Shown: positions 9,750 through 21,554 of the stretch, in pieces
Layout: every line of letters starts with the position of its first letter
Position numbering within the stretch: the first letter of the stretch is position 1
Assembly: GCA_027315245.1 (NCBI GenBank)
Contig: DAHUYK010000128.1
Span: 6,648 to 70,647, forward strand
DNA length: 64,000 nucleotides
DNA from: Vulcanimicrobiota bacterium
Lineage (GTDB): Bacteria; Vulcanimicrobiota; Vulcanimicrobiia; Vulcanimicrobiales; Vulcanimicrobiaceae
Direction of reading: 5' to 3'
The notes under the pieces: generated by a model
Told to the model about the DNA's origin: nothing
Databases searched by the model: none
Seen by the model: only the letters and a program-made list of their open reading frames with translations
Made by a program: the position numbers and the translations under genes

Positions 9750-11566
9750 TACTCCGTACTCAAGCTCGGCTCGCGCTCGGCGGCCTGCAGCGGTTCGACG
9801 ATGGCGTGTGCGTCGACCGGCACACCGTCGTAGTGGCGTACCGATTGCAAACGTCCGATGAGATGCGCCGGCAGCTCGGTGCGCAGGATGCCGTAGAGCT
9901 GGCCGTCGCGGTTCTGCTCGACGACGTAGACGCGTTCGTGGCGCTCGATGAAGCTCGCGACGTCGGGCGACAACGGCAGCGCTCGCACGCGCAAGTAGTC
10001 GATCTCCAGACCATCCTCGCGAAGGACGTCGCGCGCCTCCACGACGGCATGGTGCGTCGTTCCGTACGCGATGAGTCCGATTGGGCGCTTCGCGTCGTCG
10101 GCGATCGGCTGCGGCACGCGGGTGCGCGCGGTGTCGTGCTTGTGCACGAGCCGGTCGAGCCCGCGCTTCCACGTCTGCGGATTCTCAGAGTAACGCGCCT
10201 GCTCGTCGTGTCCCGTGCCGCGGGTGAAGAAGCCGGCGTTCTCGTGGTTCGTCCCCGGCAGCGTGCGGTACGGGATGCCGTCGCCATCGACGTCGCGATA
10301 GCGCCCCCAGGTGTCGAGCTTCGCGAGATCGGCGGTCGACAGCACTTTCCCGCGATCAAACGGCTTCTCGGGATACGGAAGCGGCGCGCTCATCCATGCG
10401 TTCATGCCGAGATCGAGGTCGCTCAGCACGAAAACGGGAGTTTGAAAGCGATCCGCTAAATCGAAGGCCTCCATTGCGAACGCATACGCCTCTTCAACCG
10501 TGGCCGGAAGGAGCACGAGATGCTTCGTGTCGCCGTGCGACAGCGTGTACGCGAACGCAACGTCACCCTGCATCGTGCGCGTCGGAAGGCCCGTCGACGG
10601 CCCCGCTCGCTGCACGTCGAAGATGACGCCCGGAATCTCGGCGTAGTAGCCGAACCCGGCATACTCGGCCATGAGCGAGATGCCAGGCCCCGAGGTTGAC
10701 GTCATGGCGCGTGCTCCGGCCCAGCCCGCGCCGAAGACGATGCCTGCCGCGGCAAGTTCGTCTTCCGCCTGGATGATGGCGACGTTTTTCGCACCGGTCT
10801 TCGGGTCGACGCGATACCGTTGCGCGAGCGCGATGAACGACTCGCAGAGCGACGACGACGGCGTGATGGGATACCATGCGGCAACCGTGCAGCCGCCCAT
10901 GATGCAGCCGAGCGCGGCGGCACGATTTCCCTCCATGAAGAGCGTTCCGTCGGTCTTGCCGGTCATCCGCTCGACCCGGAACGCGTCCTGCTTGGGCAGA
11001 TGCTCGCGCGCATACGCTATGCCCAGCTTGACGGCGTTCATATTCGTCTCGACCGCGGCAGGCTTATTGCGAAACTGCGCCTTCACCGCCGCTTCGATCG
11101 TCGCTTCGTCGACGCCGACGAGCTCGGCGAGCACGCCGACATAGAGCATGTTGACGAGGTACTTGCGCAGATCGCCGTTCTCGAAGTTCTTCTTGCCGAT
11201 CTCGGTGAAGGGCACGGCGAAGTACGTCACGTCGTCGCGCTGCGTCTCACCGCTCACCGGGTACGCGCTCTCGTGCACGATCATCCCGCCCGCCTTCACG
11301 CCGGCGACGTCGTCGCGCCACGTCGTCGCGTTGAGCGCGACGAGCACGTCGACGTCGCGCGTTCTGCAGCGGTATCCTTTGGACGTGATGCGCACGTCGA
11401 ACCACGTGGGAAGGCCCTCGATGTTCGAAGGGAATACGTTCTTGGGCGCAACCGGTACACCGAGGCGAAAGACGGCGTTGCTCAGGACGAGATTCGAAGA
11501 CTGACTTCCCGATCCGTTCACCGTGGCGACGCGGATCGTGAAGTCGTTGACGCGAGCGTGGGGCAC
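9749..11566 (-). CDS. korA: 2-oxoacid (2-oxoglutarate-type):ferredoxin oxidoreductase alpha subunit
   Basis: 605 aa. The N-terminal gamma-like domain fused to the alpha domain is typical of two-subunit KorAB enzymes. Directly precedes korB. Confidence 0.9.
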   Translation of the reverse strand: MPHARVNDFTIRVATVNGSGSQSSNLVLSNAVFRLGVPVAPKNVFPSNIEGLPTWFDVRITSKGYRCRTRDVDVLVALNATTWRDDVAGVKAGGMIVHESAYPVSGETQRDDVTYFAVPFTEIGKKNFENGDLRKYLVNMLYVGVLAELVGVDEATIEAAVKAQFRNKPAAVETNMNAVKLGIAYAREHLPKQDAFRVERMTGKTDGTLFMEGNRAAALGCIMGGCTVAAWYPITPSSSLCESFIALAQRYRVDPKTGAKNVAIIQAEDELAAAGIVFGAGWAGARAMTSTSGPGISLMAEYAGFGYYAEIPGVIFDVQRAGPSTGLPTRTMQGDVAFAYTLSHGDTKHLVLLPATVEEAYAFAMEAFDLADRFQTPVFVLSDLDLGMNAWMSAPLPYPEKPFDRGKVLSTADLAKLDTWGRYRDVDGDGIPYRTLPGTNHENAGFFTRGTGHDEQARYSENPQTWKRGLDRLVHKHDTARTRVPQPIADDAKRPIGLIAYGTTHHAVVEARDVLREDGLEIDYLRVRALPLSPDVASFIERHERVYVVEQNRDGQLYGILRTELPAHLIGRLQSVRHYDGVPVDAHAIVEPLQAAEREPSLSTE

Positions 11567-11669
11567 GTGGCCTCCTGGAAGTATGTGTCAAGAGATGGTT
11601 ACGGCGACGACCGTCGTGCTCCTCGGCGAGGAAGCCCGCCTTGCCCGAAGAAGCCGGCAAGGGGTGCCG

Positions 11670-13034
11670 ATGAAACGAAGAACCGCTCTGGCTCTAGCGG
11701 CGCTAGTTGTCGCCGGCTGCAGCGGCATGCACGGCACCTCGACCGTGCCGGTCATGCCTGAGGCCGAGGAGACGGGCCACGCCATCCCCCCAGGCGTTCT
11801 CGGCGCAGGCAAGATTCAGCACGTCGTCATCATCGTCCAGGAGAATCGCTCGGTCGACGATCTGTTTTCGGGTCTCCCGGGAGCCGATACGGTCACCTCG
11901 GGTACTGATGCAAACGGCCGGAGTGTGCCCCTCGTCGCGACGCCGCTAACGGCGCCGTACGACCTGGATCACAGCCACCGCGGATTCCTCACCGAGTACG
12001 CCCACGGCGCGCTCAACGGCTTCTCGCGCGAGCGCAGCATCTGCAAAGCAACGTGCCGCGCTCCGCAGACCCGCGCGTACAGCGTCGTTCCGCAGTCCGA
12101 GGTCGCGCCGTATTTCACGCTCGCTCGCACGTACGCGTTTGCCGACCGGATGTTTCAGACGAACGCAGGGCCAAGTTTTCCGGCGCACCAGTATCTCATC
12201 GCCGGAACGTCCGCCGTCGCAGCTGGGAGCACGCTCTACGCCGAGAACAACGCGCACACGCCGGCGCACCATTCCACCGGCGGCTGCGACTCGCCGGCAG
12301 GCTCGACCGTCCGGCTCATCGACGTGATCACCGGCAACGACCTGCAAAAGATGTTCCCCTGCTTCGATCATCCGGTGCTCATGGATCTGCTCGACGCGGC
12401 CGGTCTGACGTGGCGCTACTACGAGCCCGACGTTTACGCCGGGCTGTGGGATGCGCCCGACGCAATCCGGCACATTCGCTACGGCTCCGATTTCGGTGCA
12501 GACGTCGTCACGCCACCGCAGCGCTTCCTTACGGACGTCAAAAGCGGAAGGCTTGCGAACGTGACGTGGGTCGTTCCGAACGCCGCGCAGTCGGACCACG
12601 CACTCATCACCGATGGCAGCGGTCCGTCGTGGGTCGCGTCCCTCGTCAACGCCGTTGGGCATAGCCCGTTCTGGGACTCCACGGCAATCTTCATCACCTG
12701 GGACGATTGGGGCGGCTTCTACGACCACGTAGCGCCGCCGCAGTACAACGCCTACGAGCTCGGCTTCCGCGTGCCGCTCATCGTCGTCTCACCGTACGCC
12801 AAACGCGGCTACGTCTCGCACACGCAGCACGAGTTCGGCAGCATTTTGCACTTCACGGAAGATGTCTTCGGCTTACCGTCGCTGGGCTATACCGATGCGC
12901 GAGCAGACGACTTGGCGGACTGCTTCAACTTCAACGCCGGGCCGCACGCGTTCACCGAGATCGCAGCTCCGCTCTCCCAGGCCTACTTCAAAAGCTTGCC
13001 GCCCGACCACCGCGACCCAGACACCGACTACTGA
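11670..13034 (+). CDS. Phosphoesterase-family (phospholipase C / acid phosphatase AcpA-like) lipoprotein
   Basis: ATG at 11670 gives the lipobox signal [17 protein letters not shown]. Conserved phosphoesterase-family blocks ([19 protein letters not shown]; [16 protein letters not shown]). Confidence 0.75.
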   Translation: MKRRTALALAALVVAGCSGMHGTSTVPVMPEAEETGHAIPPGVLGAGKIQHVVIIVQENRSVDDLFSGLPGADTVTSGTDANGRSVPLVATPLTAPYDLDHSHRGFLTEYAHGALNGFSRERSICKATCRAPQTRAYSVVPQSEVAPYFTLARTYAFADRMFQTNAGPSFPAHQYLIAGTSAVAAGSTLYAENNAHTPAHHSTGGCDSPAGSTVRLIDVITGNDLQKMFPCFDHPVLMDLLDAAGLTWRYYEPDVYAGLWDAPDAIRHIRYGSDFGADVVTPPQRFLTDVKSGRLANVTWVVPNAAQSDHALITDGSGPSWVASLVNAVGHSPFWDSTAIFITWDDWGGFYDHVAPPQYNAYELGFRVPLIVVSPYAKRGYVSHTQHEFGSILHFTEDVFGLPSLGYTDARADDLADCFNFNAGPHAFTEIAAPLSQAYFKSLPPDHRDPDTDY

Positions 13035-13444
13035 GTTGCCTGAGCGCGCAGCGCGTCGATGACCCTGTGAAGCCGCGCGTTGGCATCCTTTGCCACCTCG
13101 GCAACGTGCGGGTTGGCGACGAGATCAAGCATCTTTTCAGCGTCGATGGCAGAGACGACGGTGCGCTCGCCGTCGCGCTGCACGACGACGTTGCATGGCA
13201 GCAGCAAACCCAACTGAGCCTCCGCTGACAGTGCGCGATGCGCGAGTTGCGGGTTGCATGCACCCAGGATGAGATAGGGACGAAAATCGACTCCGGCTTT
13301 TTCCTTGAGCGTCCTCGTCACGTCGATCTCGCAGAGAATCCCGAAGCCTTCAGCTTTGAGCAGTTCACGTACCCCCGCGACGCATGGGTCGAATGCCGCG
13401 TCCACGGCAACGCTGTATCCGTAACTGGTATCACCGTTCATCAT
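13028..13444 (-). CDS. DUF302 domain protein
   Basis: 138 aa. Size and pattern ([17 protein letters not shown]...[11 protein letters not shown]) match the DUF302 family. Confidence 0.7.
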   Translation of the reverse strand: MMNGDTSYGYSVAVDAAFDPCVAGVRELLKAEGFGILCEIDVTRTLKEKAGVDFRPYLILGACNPQLAHRALSAEAQLGLLLPCNVVVQRDGERTVVSAIDAEKMLDLVANPHVAEVAKDANARLHRVIDALRAQATQ

Positions 13445-13494
13445 TCGTACGTACCCGGCCGTGCGCGCTGCAAAGCGTCACAACGTTAAGGAAC

Positions 13495-13531
13495 CTTTTA
13501 AAGATGGGCCGCGGTCACTCCGCGGCCCATC
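13495..13531 (-). terminator. Rho-independent terminator of groESL
   Basis: 12-bp perfect stem GATGGGCCGCGG (13503-13514) pairs with CCGCGGCCCATC (13520-13531) around a 5-nt loop. On the minus strand it is followed by TTTAAAAG and lies about 35 nt after the groEL stop. Confidence 0.8.
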
Positions 13532-13564
13532 TGGTTTATCCGGTCGTTCGCTCTGCCGAGCGAC

Positions 13565-15256
<1,692 letters not shown>

Positions 15257-15577
15257 TTAGACGCCGACCGGAACTTTGTCGACGATCGCAAGGACGTCTT
15301 TTTCAGAGACGATGAGGTACTCGGTGCCGTCGACTTTGACTTCGCTGCCCGAGTACTTGGAATAGATGACGCGATCGCCGGCCTTGACGCTCATCGGCAG
15401 CGTCTTGCCGTCATCGGTTACGCGCCCGGTCCCGACCGCACGGACGACGCCCTCCTGGGGCTTCTCCTTGGCGGTATCGGGCAGGAACACGCCGCCGGAA
15501 CTCTTGTCGTTCTGCTCCACGTGCTCGATGACCACGCGATCGCCCAAGGGCTTGAGATTCACGGAAACCTCCAACAC
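15257..15577 (-). CDS. groES: Co-chaperonin GroES (10 kDa)
   Basis: [13 protein letters not shown]...[19 protein letters not shown] is typical of GroES. The longest ORF starts at the GTG at 15577. The internal GTG at 15562 (VNLKPL) would give the canonical N-terminus. Confidence 0.95.
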   Translation of the reverse strand: MLEVSVNLKPLGDRVVIEHVEQNDKSSGGVFLPDTAKEKPQEGVVRAVGTGRVTDDGKTLPMSVKAGDRVIYSKYSGSEVKVDGTEYLIVSEKDVLAIVDKVPVGV

Positions 15578-15592
15578 AAATGCTTTTTGGGA

Positions 15593-15619
15593 TTAGCACT
15601 CTCAGTCCGAGAGCGCCAA
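15593..15619. promoter_or_regulatory. CIRCE (HrcA operator) inverted repeat in the groES leader
   Basis: TTAGCACTC-tcagtccga-GAGCGCCAA versus consensus TTAGCACTC-N9-GAGTGCTAA. One arm is perfect, the other has 2 mismatches. It lies 16 nt upstream of the longest groES start. Confidence 0.8.
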
Positions 15620-15624
15620 CCCAG

Positions 15625-15653
15625 ATGTTAGCAGAGTCGCCCGAGGAGTGCAA
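15625..15653 (-). promoter_or_regulatory. Putative sigma-70-type promoter of groESL
   Basis: On the minus strand TTGCAC (15653-15648), a 17-nt spacer, then TAACAT (15630-15625). CIRCE begins 6 nt downstream of the -10. Confidence 0.55.
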
Positions 15654-15740
15654 GAAGCGAGCCGGGTATGTCAACGCAAACCTAGGCAAAATTGCGTTTA
15701 GCCTTGATATGATGGTACTATACCTAGGCGCGCTCTAGAT

Positions 15741-16973
15741 ATGGACCCTGCGACTTTTACGTCAAGAAAGACGGGCCAGCTTGTCAGGATCACCGAGGGA
15801 GGCGTGCATGCCTTCCTGCCGGATACGCTGCCCATTCGCCACTTTTCCATTTCTCCTGAGGTCAGCGTAGCCGTAGAAGAAGCGGCAAAAGAGCTTGGAC
15901 GTCTTGACGGTCACGGGCAGCACTTCCCCGACAGAGCAAAGCTGCTCGCCGCTCCGTTGCTGCGGAAAGAGGCGGTGCTCTCAAGTCGGATTGAGGGCGC
16001 GCAAACCACCTTCGAGGACTTGGTGCTCTACGAGGGCGCTAATATCGAACGTGCTGTACGCCAAAAGGATAACCGGGAAGTCTCTAATTGCGTCAAGGCG
16101 ATTCTCTTTGCACAGGAACGAGTCAAGGAAATTCCCATTGGCAAACAGCTCATGTGTGAGAGTCATCAGTTGCTTATGGAAGGCACCGATGACGCCAGAG
16201 TGAGTCCGGGGCAGATACGAGATAAGCAAGTCCATATCGCACGAGAGGGAGTTCCGATAGAGGACGCTCGCTATGTTCCGCCGCCGGCGTATGACGTCGC
16301 CCCGTTGCTGGAAAACTTCCAAGAATACATAGCTGCTCCTGACGTCCTTCCATTCCTGGTCCGACTGGCCATCCTTCATTACCAGTTTGAGGCGATTCAT
16401 CCGTTCTGCGACGGCAACGGGCGTCTGGGGCGTTTACTCATCGTCCTGATGATATGCACCAAGGGACTATTATCGGCTCCCATGCTGTACTTGAGCGCCT
16501 ATTTCGAACGCAGACGTGGGCAGTACAACGAACTGCTGCTTAACATTAGTCGCGATGCGCAGTGGGAAGCCTGGATTTTGTTCTTTCTTCGCGGCGTTGC
16601 CATCCAAGCTCGTGACGCTAATCAACGCCTATGGCAGCTAGAGACCCTGCGCACGGAATATAAGAGACGACTGGGTAACACGACCATAGCGGCCGAGAAG
16701 CTGGTCGATGAACTCTTCAGGCTTCCAGTGATGTCTAATGGTATCGCGCGACGTGTTACCAACTTTACCTGGCAATCTGCGCGCGATACCGTCAGACGCC
16801 TCGAGGACGCCAAGATCATCGTACTGGTGTCGGGCGAGCGCAAAGAGCATGTTTACGTTGCCCCCGAGATCATCGCCATTGTGGACGCTGCCGAGTCGAC
16901 TCCGGCGCCAGAAGAGGCACGGCAGGTCGAGTTTGATCTGGAGGCACCCCCGGAAGTCACCCAGGCCACGTAA
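15741..16973 (+). CDS. Fic/DOC family protein (probable AMPylase) with N-terminal inhibitory helix and C-terminal wHTH-like region
   Basis: 410 aa. Canonical Fic core HPFCDGNGRLGRLL (HxFx[DE]GNGRxxR). N-terminal SSRIEG matches the [ST]xxxE[GN] auto-inhibition motif. The gene is visibly more AT-rich than its neighbours. Confidence 0.9.
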   Translation: MDPATFTSRKTGQLVRITEGGVHAFLPDTLPIRHFSISPEVSVAVEEAAKELGRLDGHGQHFPDRAKLLAAPLLRKEAVLSSRIEGAQTTFEDLVLYEGANIERAVRQKDNREVSNCVKAILFAQERVKEIPIGKQLMCESHQLLMEGTDDARVSPGQIRDKQVHIAREGVPIEDARYVPPPAYDVAPLLENFQEYIAAPDVLPFLVRLAILHYQFEAIHPFCDGNGRLGRLLIVLMICTKGLLSAPMLYLSAYFERRRGQYNELLLNISRDAQWEAWILFFLRGVAIQARDANQRLWQLETLRTEYKRRLGNTTIAAEKLVDELFRLPVMSNGIARRVTNFTWQSARDTVRRLEDAKIIVLVSGERKEHVYVAPEIIAIVDAAESTPAPEEARQVEFDLEAPPEVTQAT

Positions 16974-17056
16974 AGGCGCTTCTCGGGCAAAGGCGCCGCT
17001 CGCGGGCAGCGTGCGGGCCAGGCGGGGGCGCCGCCTGGTCGAATGGGCGGCTTCAA

Positions 17057-18190
17057 ATGATCGGCGAGGTGCGCGTCTCACTCGGTGCGCTTCGGCGCAA
17101 CGCGCGCGCCCTGCAGCAACTCGTCGGGACGGGTCGCGCCGCCTTCGTCGTGAAGAGCAACGCGTACGGCCATGGCCTCACACAAGCGGCGATCGCCATC
17201 GAAGGCTTCGCCGTGCGCATCTGCGTGTTCGCCGTCGAAGAGGCGATCGCGTTGCGCGAAGGGGGCGTCAACGCGCCGATTCTCGTGCTCGGCCCGGTAC
17301 CGCCCGAAGCGCTGGACGCGGCGCTCGCGGCGCGGGCCGAGATCGCGCTCTGGGATACGCGCAACTTCCTCCACGATCTCGCCGGTGCTTCTCGCCGGCG
17401 CTCCGAGCCGGCAAACGTGCACGTGAAGGTGAACACGGGCCTCAATCGCTTCGGCCTGGAGCCCGGCGAAGTGGCTGACGCAATCGAAGACTATACGCGC
17501 ATTAAAGAGTTGCGCATCATCGGCGTTTTCTCGCATCTTGCCGCAGCCGAAGAGATCGACTCGCCCTACACGATGCAGCAGCTCGCGCGCTTCGAACGCG
17601 CGATCGCCGAGGCAAAGCCGCTTCTCGAGCGCAACGGCATCACGCCCTTTCGCCACATCGCGGGGTCGGCCGCCGCGATGCTCTGGCCGCAGACGCGGCT
17701 CGACTTCTCGCGCTTCGGCATTGCGCTCTACGGACTCTGGCCGTCGGCCGCGACGCAAGAGGCGATGGGGCACGAAGCGATCGTGCTCGAGCCGGCGCTC
17801 TCGATGCACTCGGCACTCGCGGTGACGCGCCCGGTCGCCGCTGGTGAACCCGTCGGCTACGGCAACACCTTTGTGGCACCGCACGAGATGCAGATCGGCA
17901 TCGTGCCGATCGGCTATGCCGACGGCATTCCACGGGCGCTCTCTAGCCGAGGTACGTTTCTCGTCGAAGGCGAGCGCTGCCCCATCGTCGGCCGCGTCGC
18001 GATGAACACGACGGCGATCGACATCTCCACGGCGAAGCACGCGCGGCCTGGAACCGCGGTGACGCTCATCGGGCGCGATGGCGACGAGAGCGTGAGCGCG
18101 GACGACTGGGCACAGTGGACCCAGACGATCAACTACGAGATCGTCACTCGCATTCCACCGCACGTCCCCCGCTGCTACATCGACGACTGA
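17057..18190 (+). CDS. alr: Alanine racemase
   Basis: 377 aa. PLP-lysine motif AFVVKSNAYGHG and conserved C-terminal beta-domain (GYADGIPR...RVAMN). Confidence 0.92.
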   Translation: MIGEVRVSLGALRRNARALQQLVGTGRAAFVVKSNAYGHGLTQAAIAIEGFAVRICVFAVEEAIALREGGVNAPILVLGPVPPEALDAALAARAEIALWDTRNFLHDLAGASRRRSEPANVHVKVNTGLNRFGLEPGEVADAIEDYTRIKELRIIGVFSHLAAAEEIDSPYTMQQLARFERAIAEAKPLLERNGITPFRHIAGSAAAMLWPQTRLDFSRFGIALYGLWPSAATQEAMGHEAIVLEPALSMHSALAVTRPVAAGEPVGYGNTFVAPHEMQIGIVPIGYADGIPRALSSRGTFLVEGERCPIVGRVAMNTTAIDISTAKHARPGTAVTLIGRDGDESVSADDWAQWTQTINYEIVTRIPPHVPRCYIDD

Positions 18191-18202
18191 ACGAGCAGGT
18201 CG

Positions 18203-18922
18203 CTAGGCGAGCTCGCGTATCGCCTGCGCGAGATCGATCGTGTCCTTGTACAGGGCGCTGCCGATGATGCACGAGTCGACGGCCTCGATGCCGGCGGCAG
18301 CGAGCGTGCGCAGATCATCGAGGCTGCGCGCGCCGCCGCTCGCCGTGATACTGACGGGAGCGGCCTTCGCGACCGCGCGCAGCGCGTCCATGTCGTAGCC
18401 CATGCCCATGCCGTCGCGGCGAATCTCGGTAAAGATGATGCGCTCGACGCCCCATTGAGCGACACGCCGCACGAGCGCGTCGCGTGCAACCGGCGTGCGC
18501 TCGACCCAGCCGTGCGTCGCAACCTCCTCACCGCGAGCGTCGATGCCGGCGATCACCTTCGCTCCGAGCCGTCCGATGATGTTGCGCGCGATGCGCTCCT
18601 CCTCGACCAACAGCGTGCCGAGAATCACTTCGCTGGCTCCGGCGTCCAGCCGCGACTGCGCCATCTCGAGGGTCCGAACGCCGCCTCCGGTCTGCACGGG
18701 CACCGAGACGGCGGCGCAAATCCGCTCGATCGCACGCACGTTCTCGCCCGATCCGAAGGCACCGTCGAGGTCGATGACGTGCAGACGCTGCGCTCCAGCC
18801 TGCACGAAGCGCTGCGCACGAGCGACTGGGTCGCGGTCGTACACCGTCGCCGTCGCAAGGTCGCCCGCCTCCATTCGGACGCATGCGCCGTCGCGCAGAT
18901 CGATGGCCGGAATGACGATCAT
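18203..18922 (-). CDS. hisA: ProFAR isomerase (HisA)
   Basis: 239 aa. MIVIPAIDLRDG start, (beta/alpha)8 HisA pattern, 4-nt overlap with the hisH stop. Confidence 0.9.
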   Translation of the reverse strand: MIVIPAIDLRDGACVRMEAGDLATATVYDRDPVARAQRFVQAGAQRLHVIDLDGAFGSGENVRAIERICAAVSVPVQTGGGVRTLEMAQSRLDAGASEVILGTLLVEEERIARNIIGRLGAKVIAGIDARGEEVATHGWVERTPVARDALVRRVAQWGVERIIFTEIRRDGMGMGYDMDALRAVAKAAPVSITASGGARSLDDLRTLAAAGIEAVDSCIIGSALYKDTIDLAQAIRELA

Positions 18923-19542
18923 CGCCGCTCCTTCGCGAGCGAGACGAAGTTATCCAGCAAGATTCCGCCCGCGCGCTGGCTCTTCTCGGGATGAAACTGC
19001 GTCCCCAGCACGTTGTCGTGAGCGACGATCGCCGAAAAGCGTTCGCCGTACGTGCACGCGGCCAGCGTGCTCGGCCCGACGGCGACGCGGTACGAATGCA
19101 GAAAGTAGACGTAGTCCCGCGCGTCGACACCCGCCGTGAAGCGATGCGGCGTGACCTGTTCGAGCCGATTCCAACCCATATGCGGAACGCGTGGTGCGTC
19201 GTGGAAGCGGTCCACGACGCCGGCGATGATGCCGAGACCCTCGCAGGCATCGAGCTCCGTCGAGCGTTCGAAGAGGATCTGCATGCCGACGCAGATGCCG
19301 AGAAAGGGAACGCCGCGCGCAATCGCATCGCGTAGCGCGCCGTCGAGACCGCGCGTTGCGAGGGCGTGCATCGTTGCGCCGAACGCGCCGTCGCCCGGCA
19401 GCACGACAGCGCTCGCGCTCCGCACCGCCGCGGCGTCCGCTGCGAGCGTCAACGCCGCACCGCGCCGTTCCAAGGCGGCCACGAGCGAGCCCAGATTTCC
19501 GGCGCCGTAGTCTACGACGGCAATGGCGCTCAGGAGCGTCAC
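18919..19542 (-). CDS. hisH: Imidazole glycerol phosphate synthase, glutamine amidotransferase subunit
   Basis: GTG at 19542 gives VTLLSAIAVVDYGAGNLGSL. Nucleophile motif FLGICVGMQILF and C-terminal GTQFHPEKS. The Arg-rich 34-codon track extension was trimmed. Confidence 0.9.
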   Translation of the reverse strand: MTLLSAIAVVDYGAGNLGSLVAALERRGAALTLAADAAAVRSASAVVLPGDGAFGATMHALATRGLDGALRDAIARGVPFLGICVGMQILFERSTELDACEGLGIIAGVVDRFHDAPRVPHMGWNRLEQVTPHRFTAGVDARDYVYFLHSYRVAVGPSTLAACTYGERFSAIVAHDNVLGTQFHPEKSQRAGGILLDNFVSLAKERR

Positions 19543-19549
19543 GCGCCTC

Positions 19550-20149
19550 CTATTCGAGCACGCCCTTCGTCGAGGGTATCTCGTTGCCGACAATCGCTTT
19601 CGCTTGGCCGAACGCTCGCGCGAAGCTCTTGAAGGATGCCTCACAAAGATGGTGCGCTACGTGACCGTTCATCTGTACGAGATGCAGCGTCATCTTTGCG
19701 TTGTCGGTGACCGCACGAAAGAACTCACCGACCATTTCGGTCGGCATTTCGCCGAGATTTTCGCGCAGAAAGTTCACGCGAAAGTTTAGATAGGGCCGGC
19801 CGGAGAGATCGACGCTTGCCGCGACGAGCGCGTCGTCCAGCGGAGCCATCATCGACCCGAAGCGAGCGATGCCTCGTTTATCGCCGAGCGCCTCGTGGAT
19901 TGCCGAACCGAGCGCAATGCCGACATCCTCGATGAGATGATGGTTATCCATGCCGTCGCCCTTCGCCACCACGGTGAGGCCGATCGCGGCATGGGTGCCG
20001 AGCGCATGGAGCATGTGGTCGAGGAAATCGACGCCCGTCGTGGCCTTCACGGCGCCGCCGTCGAGATCGACCGCCACCTCGACCGACGTCTCGTTCGTGA
20101 CGCGCGAAAGTGACGCCCGGCGATGCACCAGGTGCGCCGTTTCAAGCAT
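19550..20149 (-). CDS. hisB: Imidazoleglycerol-phosphate dehydratase
   Basis: ATG at 20149. Motifs TNETSVEVAVDLDG, DNHHLIEDVGIALG, NGHHLCEASFKSFARA. Confidence 0.9.
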   Translation of the reverse strand: MLETAHLVHRRASLSRVTNETSVEVAVDLDGGAVKATTGVDFLDHMLHALGTHAAIGLTVVAKGDGMDNHHLIEDVGIALGSAIHEALGDKRGIARFGSMMAPLDDALVAASVDLSGRPYLNFRVNFLRENLGEMPTEMVGEFFRAVTDNAKMTLHLVQMNGHVAHHLCEASFKSFARAFGQAKAIVGNEIPSTKGVLE

Positions 20150-20182
20150 GAAGCGGCGGACCCTTGTGAGAACGCAGGACGC

Positions 20183-20608
20183 ATGGAGCCACTCGACCTG
20201 ACGACGCACCCGCCGCGCAGTCCCAGCGTACGGCTCGGCGGGCTGCTCATGCTTGCGCGAACGATCGACAAGCTGCGTGCAACCCTGCCGGGCGGCAATC
20301 TCGGCCAGTACTATATTCGCGGGTTCTCAGCCGTACTGCTCGAGCGGCTCGGCATCGACGAAGGGGCGCTGTCCGACGCGGTTGCACGAGCGAAGACCGA
20401 CGACGACGTCGTCGCCTACGTACTCGAGCACAGCACCGCATCGGAGTACGGCGCGATCAACGCGGTTCTGCGCAGCCGTCTCATCGGCGACCGCATCGCA
20501 GAGGCGGACTTCGTCGCGCGCTACCCGATCGTCACGTCGCTCCCGCGCGAGATGCCGGTGATCGAGATGCTCGATTACGACGATCGCGCGATGTTCCCGG
20601 CTCGCTAG
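20183..20608 (+). CDS. DUF5069 domain protein
   Basis: 141 aa from the ATG at 20183. The DLTTHPPRSPSVRLGGLLMLARTIDKLRA pattern is characteristic of DUF5069. Divergent from hisB with only 33 bp between the start codons. Confidence 0.6.
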   Translation: MEPLDLTTHPPRSPSVRLGGLLMLARTIDKLRATLPGGNLGQYYIRGFSAVLLERLGIDEGALSDAVARAKTDDDVVAYVLEHSTASEYGAINAVLRSRLIGDRIAEADFVARYPIVTSLPREMPVIEMLDYDDRAMFPAR

Positions 20609-20612
20609 GAGC

Positions 20613-21554
20613 CTAGCGGTTGTTTCTCGCAAGTGCGAAGCCCACGAGGCGCCCGATCAGCGCCTCGTACGTGATGCCCGCCGCGGCGCACGCGTCGGGA
20701 AGCAGGCTCGCCGGCGAGAGTCCGGGCAGCGGATTGATCTCGAGCACGTACGGCCTTCCCTCTTTGCTCACGATGAAGTCGACGCGCGAGTAGTCGCGCA
20801 GACCGAGCAGGCGGTGCACGGAGAGCGCGAGCGTCTGCAAGCGGGTCGCGAGGTCGTCGTCAATCGGAGCGGGGGTCAAGTGCGTGCTGCCGCCGGGTTC
20901 GTACTTCGCGGCGTACGAGTAGAACTCGTCGACGTTCGCGATAACTTCAACGACCGGGAGCGCTTCATCACCGAGTATACTGCAGTGAAACTCGCGCCCC
21001 TGAACGTACTCCTCGGCAAGCGCCTGCGAGTAGTTCTTCGAAACATTCAGCATCGCGGTGGTCCACTGTTCGTGCGTGCGAACGATCGAGACCCCGACGG
21101 ACGAACCTTCATAGCGCGGTTTGACGACGAGCGGAAGGTCGAGCGAGCCCGGTAGAAGGGGCAGCGCCCCGCCCGCAAGGTCGAAGACGTCCCATGCGGC
21201 CGTCGGCAGTCCTTCGGCGGCAATGAGCTTTTTCGTGAGGTGCTTGTCCATTGCCAGCGCGCACGCTTCGACGCCGCTGCCGGTGTACGCGACGCGCATG
21301 TACTCGAGCACGCCCTGTATCTCGCCGTCTTCCCCATGCGTTCCGTGCAGCGCGTTGAAGAGCGCGTCTGGCATGAGATCGCGCAGTGCGTCGATGAAGC
21401 GCTCGTCGTAGTCGAGCGAGTGCGCCTCATATCCGAGCGATTCGAGCGCCTTCATCACCAGGCGCCCGGACTCGAGCGATACTTCGCGCTCGGAGCTCGG
21501 ACCGCCCATCACGACAGCGATACGTTCTCTGCGCTTACGCCTCGCCTCAGGCAT
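20613..21554 (-). CDS. ddl: D-alanine--D-alanine ligase
   Basis: ATG at 21554 (8-nt overlap with the murB stop). ATP-grasp fold: IAVVMGGPSSEREVSLESG, EINPLPGLSPASL. Confidence 0.92.
   Translation of the reverse strand: MPEARRKRRERIAVVMGGPSSEREVSLESGRLVMKALESLGYEAHSLDYDERFIDALRDLMPDALFNALHGTHGEDGEIQGVLEYMRVAYTGSGVEACALAMDKHLTKKLIAAEGLPTAAWDVFDLAGGALPLLPGSLDLPLVVKPRYEGSSVGVSIVRTHEQWTTAMLNVSKNYSQALAEEYVQGREFHCSILGDEALPVVEVIANVDEFYSYAAKYEPGGSTHLTPAPIDDDLATRLQTLALSVHRLLGLRDYSRVDFIVSKEGRPYVLEINPLPGLSPASLLPDACAAAGITYEALIGRLVGFALARNNR

Noticed and set aside
9750-10172. N-terminal 141-codon extension of the korB track ORF, with similar extensions on hisH, hisB, ddl, ftsW, mraY, the CofE-like gene, the NHL gene, fpg, DUF192 and the MG-like gene
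   Set aside because: The extensions are Arg/Ala-rich and overlap the preceding gene. They end at an internal start that restores the family-typical N-terminus or signal peptide, often with a 1-17 nt start/stop overlap. I trimmed to those starts.
15981-16400. 139-aa ORF antisense inside the Fic gene (possible antitoxin or immunity gene)
   Set aside because: It lies entirely within the Fic coding sequence on the opposite strand, with no recognisable fold or start signal. The Fic protein carries its own in-cis inhibitory motif, so a partner is not needed.
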